NCBI RefSeq assembly: GCF_009914755.1
Contig: NC_060930.1
Source of the DNA: the human T2T-CHM13v2.0 reference genome, Homo sapiens
Strand: one strand, 5' to 3'
Length of the DNA: 64,000 bases
The notes beneath the pieces were generated by a model, which did not search any database, was not told the DNA's origin, and saw only the letters and a list, made by a program, of their open reading frames with translations. Shown here piece by piece: positions 28,729 through 39,640 of the stretch; within the stretch, counting starts at the first letter, position 1; every line of letters starts with the position of its first letter. The translations under genes were made by a program, and so were the position numbers.

Positions 28729-29204
28729 TGCGTTAGTCTGTTCTATCACTGCTATAAAGAAATACTTGAGACTGGGTGATTTATAAAGAAGTTTCTGCTG
28801 CACTCCAGCCTGGGTGACAGAATGAGACCTTGTTTCAAAAACAAACAAACAAAAAAAGGTTTAATTGGCTCACAGTTCCACAGGCTGTACAGAAAGCATA
28901 CATAGCAGTTTCTGCTTCTGGGGAGGCCTCAGGACACTTCCAGTCATGGTAGAAGGCAAAGGGGGAGAAAGCACTTCCTATGGCCAGAGCAGGAGAAAGA
29001 GAGGGAGGAGGGAGGTGCCACACACTTTTAAACAACCAGATATCAGGAGAATTCATTATTGCCATGACAGCATCAAGGAGGATGGTATTAAACCATAAGA
29101 AGTCACCCCTATGATCCAATCACCTCCCACTAGGCCCCACCTCCAACAGTGGAGATTATTATTTGACAAGAGATTTGGGCAGGACACAGATCTAAACCAT
29201 ACCA
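28729..29204 (-). mobile_element. MSTA/MSTB-like MaLR LTR containing a 5'-truncated Alu (~28795-28857, +)
   Basis: 'tgcgttagtc...ggacacagatctaaaccatacca'. An Alu 3' end 'gcactccagcctgggtgacaga' plus A-rich tail interrupts it. Confidence 0.88.
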
Positions 29205-30087
29205 GTGTGTATGGAGCTTCTTTTGAGGGTGATAAAAATATTCTGCAATAGGGTTAGTGATAATGATTGCACAATTTTATGATTGAACTGAAAGCCACTA
29301 AATTGTACACTAAATACTGTTAATTCTATGCTACATTAATTTTATATCAATTTTTTAAAAAGGGATATGGGAGGCTCAAATATAATGGTACATTTGAACT
29401 TTTCAGAACAAGGTCTTTCAAAACACTTGCCCAATAAATATAAATATATGGGCATCCCCCAATTGGCCTTTAAGGCATTCTCTTCCATTGGCCAAGAGCA
29501 TTCTCATCTGCTCAGCAACTTTCTCCCATTGGCCGGACCCTTGATGCTGAGGCTTTGAAGCAGAGCCTGGGTTTTCCAGGCACTGCTGATTAGCCGGGGG
29601 AAGAAAAGTAGGGTGTTGTAGCAAACCCTCCAGTTAGGACTTTGGGTCCCTAGGAGCTGACTGAGTCTGTTCAAGCATTTTCTCTCTAGTGCCAGGCCTT
29701 TGGTTGGTGGGAAAAAGTCATAGGATGGCACTGGGGGGGTCTATTTGCAGTCGTACTCTTAACTCTTGTGAGACCTCAAAACAAGTGCCTTCTGGGTGGT
29801 GCTTTCCACTGGGGTAAAATGAAAAGACTCCAGGATCACAGGCACCCAGGGTTCAAAGGCCTGTTAAGTAGAGAGCAGGAGACAGTACCAGCACAGCCCT
29901 AACTCTGTCGGGCCTGTCCTCTCAGAAGCCAGGCCATGGCCCACCTAAATTCTGGAAGGCCCCACCTCCCTTAGCCCCAACAGGCAGTGCTCATCATCAA
30001 CGACTTTCCTCCAAGCCCCCGCCCTCTGCATACTGCATGGACTCCAGGAGTCCCCTGCCCCCACTCCCACCCAGGAAAGCTGGTCTA

Positions 30088-30240
30088 GGACCAATCAGAG
30101 GCTGTGGAACTTTCTGGAAGGCCCAGGGCTTCTCCCTGGGTGGGGCAGGGCCTCTGATTGGAGGAGGCCTGCCAGAAGGGTGGGGCGATGGGCGTGGCTA
30201 ACGGGATAACTGCCAGAGCAGAAGACAGTTGGCAGTTATT
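30088..30240. promoter_or_regulatory. TDRG1 promoter: two inverted CCAAT (NF-Y) boxes, GC/KLF boxes, four MYB (YAACKG) sites
   Basis: ccaatcagaggc 30091-30102 and its exact reverse complement 30150-30161. gggtggggcg and gggcgtggc at ~30178-30198. taacgg 30199, taactg 30207, cagttg 30226, cagtta 30233. Confidence 0.75.
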
Positions 30241-30830
30241 TCGCAACCTTCATCTGTTCCTGGAAGATACCCGTAGCCTGCCTTCCTTCTTGACAGGCTG
30301 ATTTAGGGGTGCTCCCCAAGAAGATCAGGACTGCTGAAAGAATGAAGAAGAACTTACTTGGCCTAGGATGTGGCTAGAGAACGGAGCGCACTTTCACTTA
30401 CCTGGCAAGGTGGTTTTGGAAGTTTCCACGGAAGCCTTCCCAGGGCCGCTGCTGCCCGTCCTCGCCTAGGTGTGGAGCTTCCCGACCGGCTGGGGAGGGA
30501 ATGTCCTGCGGGAGCCGCCGAGGACCCTCTTTAGCCTCTTCCCTGGCTTGGCTGCAGCTGCAGTCTGGTACTCGCCCATTCTGCTCTTCTTCACCTCCGT
30601 ATTTTCTCTCTCACGGAAGAAGAATTCCATTCTCCCATCCCAGGAAGGAGAGTGCCCTGCGTGCCACGAAAGAGCCCAGGACCCACAGGACAAATACGTC
30701 ACTGGCAGACCTGCCTTCGCCAGCGCCAGCCCATCTCTGAAACCTCCAGCATTTGTGCCCCGGTCCGGCCCCTCCCAGGCCTGACTCTTTCCGTGTGGGT
30801 ATTTTCCTCCTGGGCTCGCTGCCGCCTCGC
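30180..30830. promoter_or_regulatory. Weak CpG island over TDRG1 exon 1
   Basis: Clear local CpG enrichment relative to the depleted flanks. Confidence 0.65.
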
Positions 30831-31207
30831 TCCCATTTCTCCCTTCCCTCCCTATGGTAACTGATGAAGGGTTGGGGCTGGTGGAACCCAGATCTGGGGT
30901 CAGAAGTTCCCCTTGTCAAGTCCCAAGTCTTCCATCTAAGCTGTGTGATCATGGGAAAGACACTTTACCCTTTGTGGGCATGCCCGCTCAACTGGAAAGT
31001 GACACAATCATAATGCCCTAATCCAGAATTCTTGTGAGAATGGGAGTAATTATGTAAATATCTTTGGAAAACAGATGTGCTGCCAATTACATTTTGTGAT
31101 TTTAACTTTGTCTTATTTCTCTGCTGTTTTGTCTTCCTATGTATCAAGTTTCTTCTGATTTTTTTTTTTCTTTTATAGGAACGGTCACTGCGCAGGATCA
31201 AGCTACA

Positions 31208-31510
31208 ATGAAGAGGAGGGAGGCAGTCTGCGCGCACCGCCATTTTCTAGGAACTGGGAAGCCCCCCCACCCCTTAGGAAGATCCATCCCTGTGGAACCT
31301 TGCCCAGGCTTACCAGCCTTTGCTGAGGTTGATCTATTGTCCCTCCTTGTCCCCATCAAAATATCCAGCACTCCACCTTCAGGGAGTAGACTTGACCCTC
31401 AAATAGCAAGTTCAGCCTTCCCAGGTCTAGGTTCCCTGGGAGGTCAAGATTCGTCTGGTTCCTTAGTACAGAGGGCTAGCTGTGAGTTGGAATCCCCCTA
31501 TGAGCTTTAG
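31208..31510 (+). CDS. TDRG1: TDRG1 putative 100-aa protein (MKRREAVCAH...ESPYEL); coding status doubtful
   Basis: ATG at 31208, TAG ending 31510. Matches my recollection of the TDRG1 peptide. No recognisable domain, and several upstream ATGs. Confidence 0.6.
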   Translation: MKRREAVCAHRHFLGTGKPPHPLGRSIPVEPCPGLPAFAEVDLLSLLVPIKISSTPPSGSRLDPQIASSAFPGLGSLGGQDSSGSLVQRASCELESPYEL

Positions 31511-31762
31511 AATCAGTCAAGAGGAATTGGGCCCCTTCCCTTCATCCCTCTTCTTTTCCCTTTTTGTCCCAGAGCTCAGCTCTGACTCAAAAGTTTTTCC
31601 ATTTACCATCAACATGGAAACTTGGCTCCTCACGTAGGTATATTATCCCCCTTTTGTACATGGTCTTGTTGATCCAAACTCCCTTTCTGTGAAAGAGGCC
31701 TGTGGGGCTCAAGAAGCCTGGTCAGCCAGCCAGGCTAGTCCCACATACCTCAGAACCAGTTT

Positions 31763-31768
31763 AATAAA
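31763..31768 (+). terminator. TDRG1 polyadenylation signal
   Basis: AATAAA followed by CA and a T/GT-rich downstream element, with an upstream TGTA at ~31656. Confidence 0.85.
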
Positions 31769-33619
31769 GGCTCTATGTCATTCTTTTTTGCTTGGGCTGA
31801 TTGGTGTGCTGATTCAGAAGACCTTGATATTTTATTCTTTCCCCCAAACCAGCTCAATTGGTGTTTGTGCTAGAGGGAGATGGACCATGGGGAGGGCTGT
31901 TATAAGGGATATCCTTGGCCCTCCCACTTCCCCCTTTGAAGGATGCCCTTGTTATCTTAGGCAGGGACCTGATACCGGTTGGTTCAGTAGATATCTGGCA
32001 GTTTACTCTGAGCATTTACCTTATATTAGGGCAAGAACTAAAGGAACAAATACATCCACCTCAATGTCAGGTCAAGTGGGAGGATGTGGATGGGAGTAAA
32101 GAGTGATTAGTATTGAGGTCGTGGAATTTTATTGGTTACTATTTTTATAACTTTGGTCTTCCAGTCCTTGAATGAAGGTAAACGGAGACTTATTAGGGAA
32201 CAAATTACTAGTGGCAGGGTGGTGGTGTCCTGGTGTCCTGCTTAGAATGTGAAGAGAGTGCCCCATCATTGGCCTATGCTGTGCATCTGGGAGGTGGTAG
32301 GCCACAGTCCTGAACTGCACAACTGGTAGTGAAATTCAGAGCAGAATGCAACATTTATTTAATGGGGCCTCACAGTTGGCCAGTGTCCCTGTGGCCTTTC
32401 CCCTTCTTCCTTCCACTCTGTGTCATGGAGACCCGACTTGATTTGGCAAGAGAACAACGTACACCTAAGATTTCCCGAATATTTCCCAGCAAGGACCCTG
32501 GCTGGCTATGTTTCTACTTCAGTGGTGACCACAGCAGATACTGGCAGTTTTCTGTTATGGCTCTGGGGTCTTTTAAGGAGCAGGAACGTGGAATATGTAC
32601 AAACCTGGAGCCACAGTCAAGTACTAAGCTCCTTGAAGCACAAGGCATGAGAATATCATGTTTTCTTTTCCTTAGAGGATTTATGAATTAAAACTAAGGA
32701 ATAATTTGTAATCAGAATAACACCACCTGGCAGGGATGTTGATGAGCTGAGGAAGGCTTATTTGGAGATTTCTGGTATTTTCCAGCTCTGAGACTCCAGA
32801 CCTAATATCCGTGTAATGGCCATTAATGTCTTGTAATTTATAACAGTTTTATCAGTGATCCATTACATTAATCATCATGAGTTGGTGACTTATCAAGTCC
32901 TACAGGTTATTTGTTATTTGTATAACTATATAGAGCTATTTAATTTACAAACACAATACTCTTTTGAGGTAGATACCAGAACCATTTTACATTTGAGGAT
33001 ATTGAAGCTAGGAAAAAGACTCAGCTCTTGAAGGAATGGACATGGGGTGCCCTTGCCTTCCTTGGGGAGAGAGCCACCTAATCTGTGCAGCTGTAGTTAG
33101 GGCCTGCCACCTTATTCCTCCTCTCCATCCAGCCCCTACATTTTGGAAACAAAAAGGCAGCAGTGATCTGGGAATTATTTAATGCTTAGTTTGACAGGAC
33201 AAATTTTAAGGACCTTAAGAGCAACCTTTTATTTCTTACCATATGAGGCACTGGGACAGGCACAGAGAAGTCAATATTATTTGCCCAGTGCATTTCTTCA
33301 TGGCTTCTGCTTTTTAATCTTAGGCTCACTTTTTTAACCTCATTGCTCACATGTTATGATTCCTTCCAGAAAGTTCACTGAAATTCTAATGTCCCTTGCT
33401 GTTCCTTAGGTAACTTAGGAGTAACTTTCCAGCTCTTCCCCTAACTAGTTGTGTGACGTGCAGCAGGCTGCTTAACTTCTGTGTGTCTCAGTTTTCTCAA
33501 CTGTAAAATGAATGATCCAACCCCTGTGTCAGAAGGATGGGTGAGGCTCATGAGGAATAACACATAAGAAATATGGGATGCTTACCACAGTGTTTGGTAA
33601 ATAACATGAGTTTCCTCTT

Positions 33620-36600
33620 CCCTCTTTGAACAGTCCTTTGTATTCTGCTGAGAGCTTTCCTGTTCATGCTGCCTCACAACCAAAAGGGGAAAGAATCCTG
33701 AGTCCTGTGCTCATGATTTCTCCCTTTGCTAGCTGGTTCAAGGCCAATCCAGATACCATGGTATTTTCTGAAAGAGTCCCACCCTTCTGTGCAAAAGCCT
33801 TCCTCCCAGGGAGACTTGATATGACTGATTAACAATCCAATTAACACTCTGGAACAATCTAGAAGGGCTGTGGCTCATTACCCTCAGCAATTTTCCACCC
33901 ATTTAGTCTCCAAGCCATTCCCTGGAAGAGACAAGTGGATCTGATGAGTGGGGCTGTGCCATGAGACCTCCAGTATTTATGGAGAAGCCAGTCCTTTCTT
34001 CCTTCGCCAGGCCTCAAGATTTCCCAATGTGCCTCTATTCTTACATGGCGGATGGGATTCTTTGCCTTCATACAGGAAGGAACTGGAACCTCAAGGCAGA
34101 CAGGACAAATACAAATCTTGAAAATGACCATGACTCCTAGTTGGTCCCTACTTGCCTCCTGGTTTCACTAAGTAGAGGGTCACTCCATGTAGAGCCCTAT
34201 CCAGCACACTGCTCCTTCCCCCACCTTTAGATGTGGACAGTGGGTGGACTGGGCCCATAGCCTGGACCTGGACAGCTGTGTCCTCCCAACCAGACTCTTC
34301 TGATTCTGCTGCGCCTCACTCTTTCCTACTTATCCTTGCCTAGATCCCTCTTACTCCATCTTTCCTGCTCAGGTCACAATGGACAATAATCTCTGACCCC
34401 TGCCCCAGCTAGACTGGCACTGGAGAGCTGAGAGAGCCTCCTGTCCATGGAGAATTCTGGCAGAGCTGCTATCTTCAGCCCCGTCTCAACTCTCCAGGGT
34501 CCTGTGCCCTTTGTCTACCTCTCCCAGGCCTGACTCTCCTCCCACTTGCATGGACATTGTCTTTCCTAGCTCTGGGCTGCCTTCTCAGCCTCATGTTTTG
34601 CCCTTTTTCCTGCTGTGGGAGCCAGCCATCACTGTAATGCATGAGTGCGGGGATGTGGTGTGAAGGGAACTCCAGTTCTGGGGTCAGAAGATTTAAAGTT
34701 TGAGACCTACTTCTGTCCCATAAGCACTATAAAAACTAAGCCAAATAAACAACTTTGATCCTCAGTTTGGAAACTTTTGTAATGTGAAGAAATTAGACTT
34801 TTGATAAAGAATGGAAGAAATGGTCATCCATGCTAAAGAAATGTTTGGAATGTTGAGATGCTATAGAATCTTTCTGACAGTGCTGCTGACTTTGTATACC
34901 TCTACATATAAATGTCTCCAGTTTTGTTTCTTTTCCACCATTCTGCAGACAAAGCTGAATGCAGGCAGGGAAGGAACCCTCACTGTTGAGCCCTGGAATC
35001 AGGCACTCTTGTCTGAGCCCCTTCATCTTTGGTTTGGGGTAGAAAGCACAGGTGGCACCCTTTCTCTAGTTTTCTCACTTCTGGCACAAACTCTCATTTA
35101 CTGTAACCTAAGAAAGGATGGAAGACCTTGAGCCTCAAGAAAAAAGCCCCAAGAAAATTCCATGCCTCTGCTTCCCTCACAAATCAAAGCTGAGCTAATC
35201 CAGAGCAGTTTGCATGATTCCTTAGAAGAAGGAACCTCACCAGGACTCTTAAAAGCAGGGAGACCAAGGAAGAATTGGGCTTCTGCACTTAATCACTGTT
35301 GAGGTCCTCCCTGCCTGCTCCCAGACCTCTGGAGTGACCCACAGTCTTCTCTATTTACCTTAAAAACAGAATCCAACCTCTTCATGTAGGTGAGTCACCC
35401 CATCTGCAGTTATATGTCCTGGCGCACCCCAGCTCTCCCCAAACAAACTGTGAAGCATCAGCCCTACCCAAGGAACCTGTCCAGCCATGCACACTTCAAC
35501 CAACCCTCTCTGACCTTAGGATGAAACCGTTTCTCTAACATTTTTTTTCACTCACATTGGGACCAGTGTGTTGATTCAGAAGACCAAATTGGGAACTAAT
35601 TTTAATCTCCCTACCTCAAGCAAATGGATGGTCTTCGGACTAGAGGGGGCCCAGGTATTAAAGGGTGTCAGAGAGGGCTGGTCAATGGGCTACCATCCCA
35701 CCACCCCTTGGGAAGAGCTCACCTCCCTTCTCAAGTGGAGAGCCTCTGGCCCACTCTCAGCCCTCTGATCAGAGCCAGGCTCTCACTGAGTGATTTTTCT
35801 GGCACCTGGCAGTCTTCCCATCCTAGAAGGGGAACAGTGGGAGGTTTTTGGTGGCAGCATTTGTGTCATTCCAGAATACTGGATGTTAGATTTTGGCTGT
35901 TGGGAAAATCCTGGAACAAAGATGAAAGGTGAGAAGGATTAGGGAACCAATGAGTGAGGGGCAGGATGGCCATCCTCAGCCCAGCAGTGAAGTCTACAAT
36001 TTTCCAGGTGCTTCCATCTACTATTGGGGCTGTTGTGTATGTCAGAACATTCAGGGCATCAGGGAGTACAGAGGTTACCATGTGCTCTCTGCCACTTCCC
36101 TGCCTCCTTTCTTCTCTCAAAATCATAGAGACCAGTGCTGATTTGGCAGGGAATATCGAACCTCTTGAGATTTTTCCAGCTGGAACCCTGGCTCTGTACC
36201 TAGTTTTTTAACACTATTTTGACCATAGCAGTCTTTGGGAGCTGCTTGATGTCTGGGCTCTGGATTTCCCATGAAGTCAAGAATGATGGATTCACAAGGG
36301 CCCACCGGGAATATGGAGCCATGGTCTGATTAGAGCACAGAGAGCTACTTCCTGCCTTGGGTAAATCCTGAAATTCATCATGCATGATTTTCCTTTTAAT
36401 AAGATTAAGGAGAGCTTGTATAGATATTGAACAGGGGATCCTGATAGCCATTGAGGGAGGCTGGAGTAGATGACCTCTGATAGCTTTTGCCAGCTTTGAG
36501 AGTCTATGAACTTAACATATGTAATATTATCATTAATATGCTATAATTTATGTTACTTTAAATGATGCATATCATTAATAATAATGACTGTTATTACGCT

Positions 36601-37690
36601 GCCTTTTCCGATCCAATATGTGATCTGTGTAACTACATAGTACTACAGAAGCATACTTACTGAAGTCGATACTTACCATTGATATCTTACCAAAAAAGAA
36701 ACTGTGGCCAAGAAACAGCCTCTCAACCCAGAACCCCCAAACTAAACAGCCTCTTTCTCTCAGGAGGAACTGAACCTGCCTTGGTTTACTCAGTTCTCTG
36801 CAACTACCCTTCTTCCAGACCTGCTTTGTTCCCTCCACCACACCTCCTCTCAAGCTCCTGGGACAGCTAGAGATGCCTCCCTCAACCCCTGCTTGTCCAG
36901 GCACAGGATCCCAGTCCTTAATGTGCCCCTGTTAGACCCAAAGCCAGTCACTTTTCCATACCAGGTCTTAATTTCCTCTTCTGTAAAGTGACTCAAGATT
37001 TTGAAACTTAAAATCTGGTGAATTCTTCCAAGCACAGGTGCCATCTTATGTTGTATGGCCTTTGGCCAATCCATCTGTCCATCTTTTCTTGGATAGTAGT
37101 TTTGCCAGATCTATAAGTTATCTTGAAATTAGTGAAAACAGACCAATCTTTGATAACCAGAGATCTAAAGCATCAGCTTATGGCCCTGTCCTTCAGGGTA
37201 ATGTGTAAGGCCCTCAAAGCCATGCACAGTGTCTTTCACTTTGACTTTTATCTCTCTCAATACCATGCACAGTGCTAGGCACACAGCAGGTCAGCAAGAG
37301 CATGCTGAATGAGCACAAACAGATTTCACCATCTCTCCCACTTTTTCTGCTGGACTCAGTCTTCTGAAAGTCAAGGCACATATGCCAGGATTCAGGCCTT
37401 CGACATGAAACCCAGACAGCTCTGCATTTTTACATCCTCTGCAGCTCTGTAAGAAACTTCAGAGCAAATCCATCTCTTGAGTGTTTACCCAACTTTGTGC
37501 CTCAATAGCTGTGTGACCTTGGGCAAGTTATTTAACTCTTCTCTACCTGAGCTTCCCCAATAGAGATATTAATAATAATACTTATTTCATTGTGTTGTTT
37601 TGATGATAAATTGAGATAATCTATATATAGCTCTTAGACCAGTACACGGCACATAGGAAACTCTCAATAAATGTCAGGTATGATTATCAA
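33620..37690 (+). repeat. Diverged tandem paralogue (copy B) of the TDRG1 unit (~29700-33620)
   Basis: Colinear anchors at a ~3.7-3.8 kb offset, e.g. 30772-30788=34521-34537 (17/17), 30893-30906=34677-34690 (14/14), 31804-31823~35566-35585 (19/20), 32423-32448~36123-36148 (21/26). Confidence 0.85.
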
Positions 37691-37949
37691 CTTACTTTTG
37701 CAGTTCAATATTCACCTGAAAAATGCCAACCTAATGTTCTCCTAATGAAAGTATAAGAACTTTTCCATAATTAGTCTGGGTAGGTAAGGCAATCACCCCA
37801 TCTTTGGTAGACAGGAAGGACCATGTCTTCCAAGAGATCCCCACAGGAATGGGTGGGAAGAGCATAACAGGAAACCCAAGATGAAAGCCTTCAGGATTAA
37901 TAGCTGCAACTGAGGGCTTAAATCCCTTCTTCTTGGCAGCAGTACTCCT

Positions 37950-39640
37950 CAAATGGTGAGCAAGTTACCTGCTAGTTGCCAGGACATGCCAAGTCCATGA
38001 CAGAGGGGACAGGTGTAGTGCACTGAGGTTTTTACTTCACAACAAAGTGGAAACAATGTCAGATAGGTCAGCTAACACAGGTCTCCATGGTTTGGAAAAT
38101 GGGATATCTTGGATGTAGCCTAGGAGATTCAAGGGAAAGAAAACTCATCCTTGCAAAGTATATGAATGTTAGTGCTGCTGTGGGGTATGCCAGGGAGCAC
38201 CACTGAACACATGTTACAGAGGAGGTGCAGGAGAAGAGGGGGTGTGCTCATCACCAACTAACCAGATGGACAGCCTGGACGGATGGGCTGGGGCTGTGGG
38301 AGGTTGGTCAGTGGGCTGACTGGCTGTGGACCAGATGGGTTTGGGGATCCCATGGAGATGGGTGAAATTCCAGCTCCATTCTCTCATCAGTAGGAAACCG
38401 AGCATGTGACTGTTGACATCTTGGAAAGGACTAGACCATGAGATCTTCCTTGCTCCAATCCCAGACAGACTCCGGCATGAGATAGTGGAGGAGAATTCTG
38501 GCTCCAGGAGCATATTCAGCTGATGGCTAAAGGGACCAGAAGATCAATTATCCCAACAATAATAGGAAAATAACCAGGGAAGAGCCTGTAATCTGGGCCT
38601 ACTTCCTCAGAATAGGTGAGCAAAAGAAAGATGTCACACATTATACAAAATGAGAACATGGAGAAAGATCACTGAACCTGTCAGAAGTTCCTAAATAGCT
38701 ATGATAGGGGTCACAGGATAGCCTTAGAGGTAAAAGCTAGCTTCTCTCTTTGGTCTGGGGAAAACATGCCAATTTCTCTCTGATAGAAGCTTCAGGGAAG
38801 GGAAACCACGAGCCTTGTAAACATTGACTGACTGTGAGGTACAGAACCTTAATTGAGATGATGGAAGCTACAACCTTTGGTTTAAGGGCTGAAAGCACAA
38901 ATAGATATTTTTAAACTGTGAAAGTGACAGGGTTCCTTTTAGATATTGGGGGAGTAACCTGGATGGGCCTGATTCTATTATGCAAAGGTAGAAACCTCAG
39001 GTATTTACCTGTGAGAAGCCTCCTTGTCACAACAAATTCTTCTTGCTGCCAACTGCATCACATGGAAAGGCTAGGTTTGATAATCTAGGTGGGATCTTTA
39101 AAACGGTGTATGCAGGTTTTGAGTGCTGCCTGCCAATAGTCTCTTCTTTTGAATAAGTGTGTCTATTTTTCTGGCAGCAGTTTGCAGAAATCCCACTGGT
39201 TGTAAGAACAGAGGAAGCCCCACCCAGCTTGCTGAAGCCCTGAGACCTTCACTGCAGGCACACTGAGAACAGAAGATACAGAAGTACTCAGGCTGTACTT
39301 ATGAAAAATCAATACTCACAGACTTTTAAAGAAAAGTTACTTTGCATTTGGGAAGGGGGAATCCTGAGACAGTGACTGTTGCCTAGCCTGGCTGACAATT
39401 ATATCCCTTAACAAAAAAGTGTTCCTGAGGTCTTTTCGAATTTCAACACTGTAATGGTGAAAAAATAGAAAATTCTCTTGAGGGAAACCTGAGGGATATG
39501 TCATTATCGAGAATGTGGGGAAAGGGGTCAAACTGTTTTTCCAGAAAGCTTAATAATCAACTAGGCAAATATTGTATCAGCTATCTCACCTCTGCAAAAG
39601 ATTGAAGAGCTGGAGGCTTCTGTATATCAGGAAAGAGGAT
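37950..39640 (-). mobile_element. Highly decayed Ty3/Gypsy-type pol (RT and integrase remnants; MamGyp-int-like)
   Basis: Frameshifted minus-strand translations: QENFL..SPLQC/KFEKTS/..IIVSQ (RT), FTR/GFPSLKLLSER and PYH.....DRFS (integrase core), in Gypsy RT-then-IN order. Confidence 0.6.

Larger units (their letters stand above)
26165..29355 (+). mobile_element. Decayed L1 (L1MB-like 3' end) with an internal ORF2 deletion near 27170
   Basis: EN region, abrupt jump to ORF2 C-terminal sequence, then an L1MB-type 3' UTR. Confidence 0.8.
30300..31785 (+). ncRNA. TDRG1: TDRG1 transcript: exon 1 ~30300-30856, exon 2 31179-~31785
   Basis: Recognised from the 100-aa ORF. Strong acceptor (T)n-ttttatag|G at 31178/31179, inferred donor ATG|gtaact at 30856/30857, AATAAA at 31763. 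TSS approximate. Confidence 0.85.

Noticed and set aside
30396-30407. 12-nt match to the U1 snRNA 5' end (acttacctggca)
   Set aside because: No further U1 similarity. Better explained as a minus-strand consensus splice donor.
31139-31207. 23-aa N-terminal extension of the TDRG1 ORF in the ORF track
   Set aside because: Starts inside the intron and crosses the polypyrimidine tract and acceptor at 31178.
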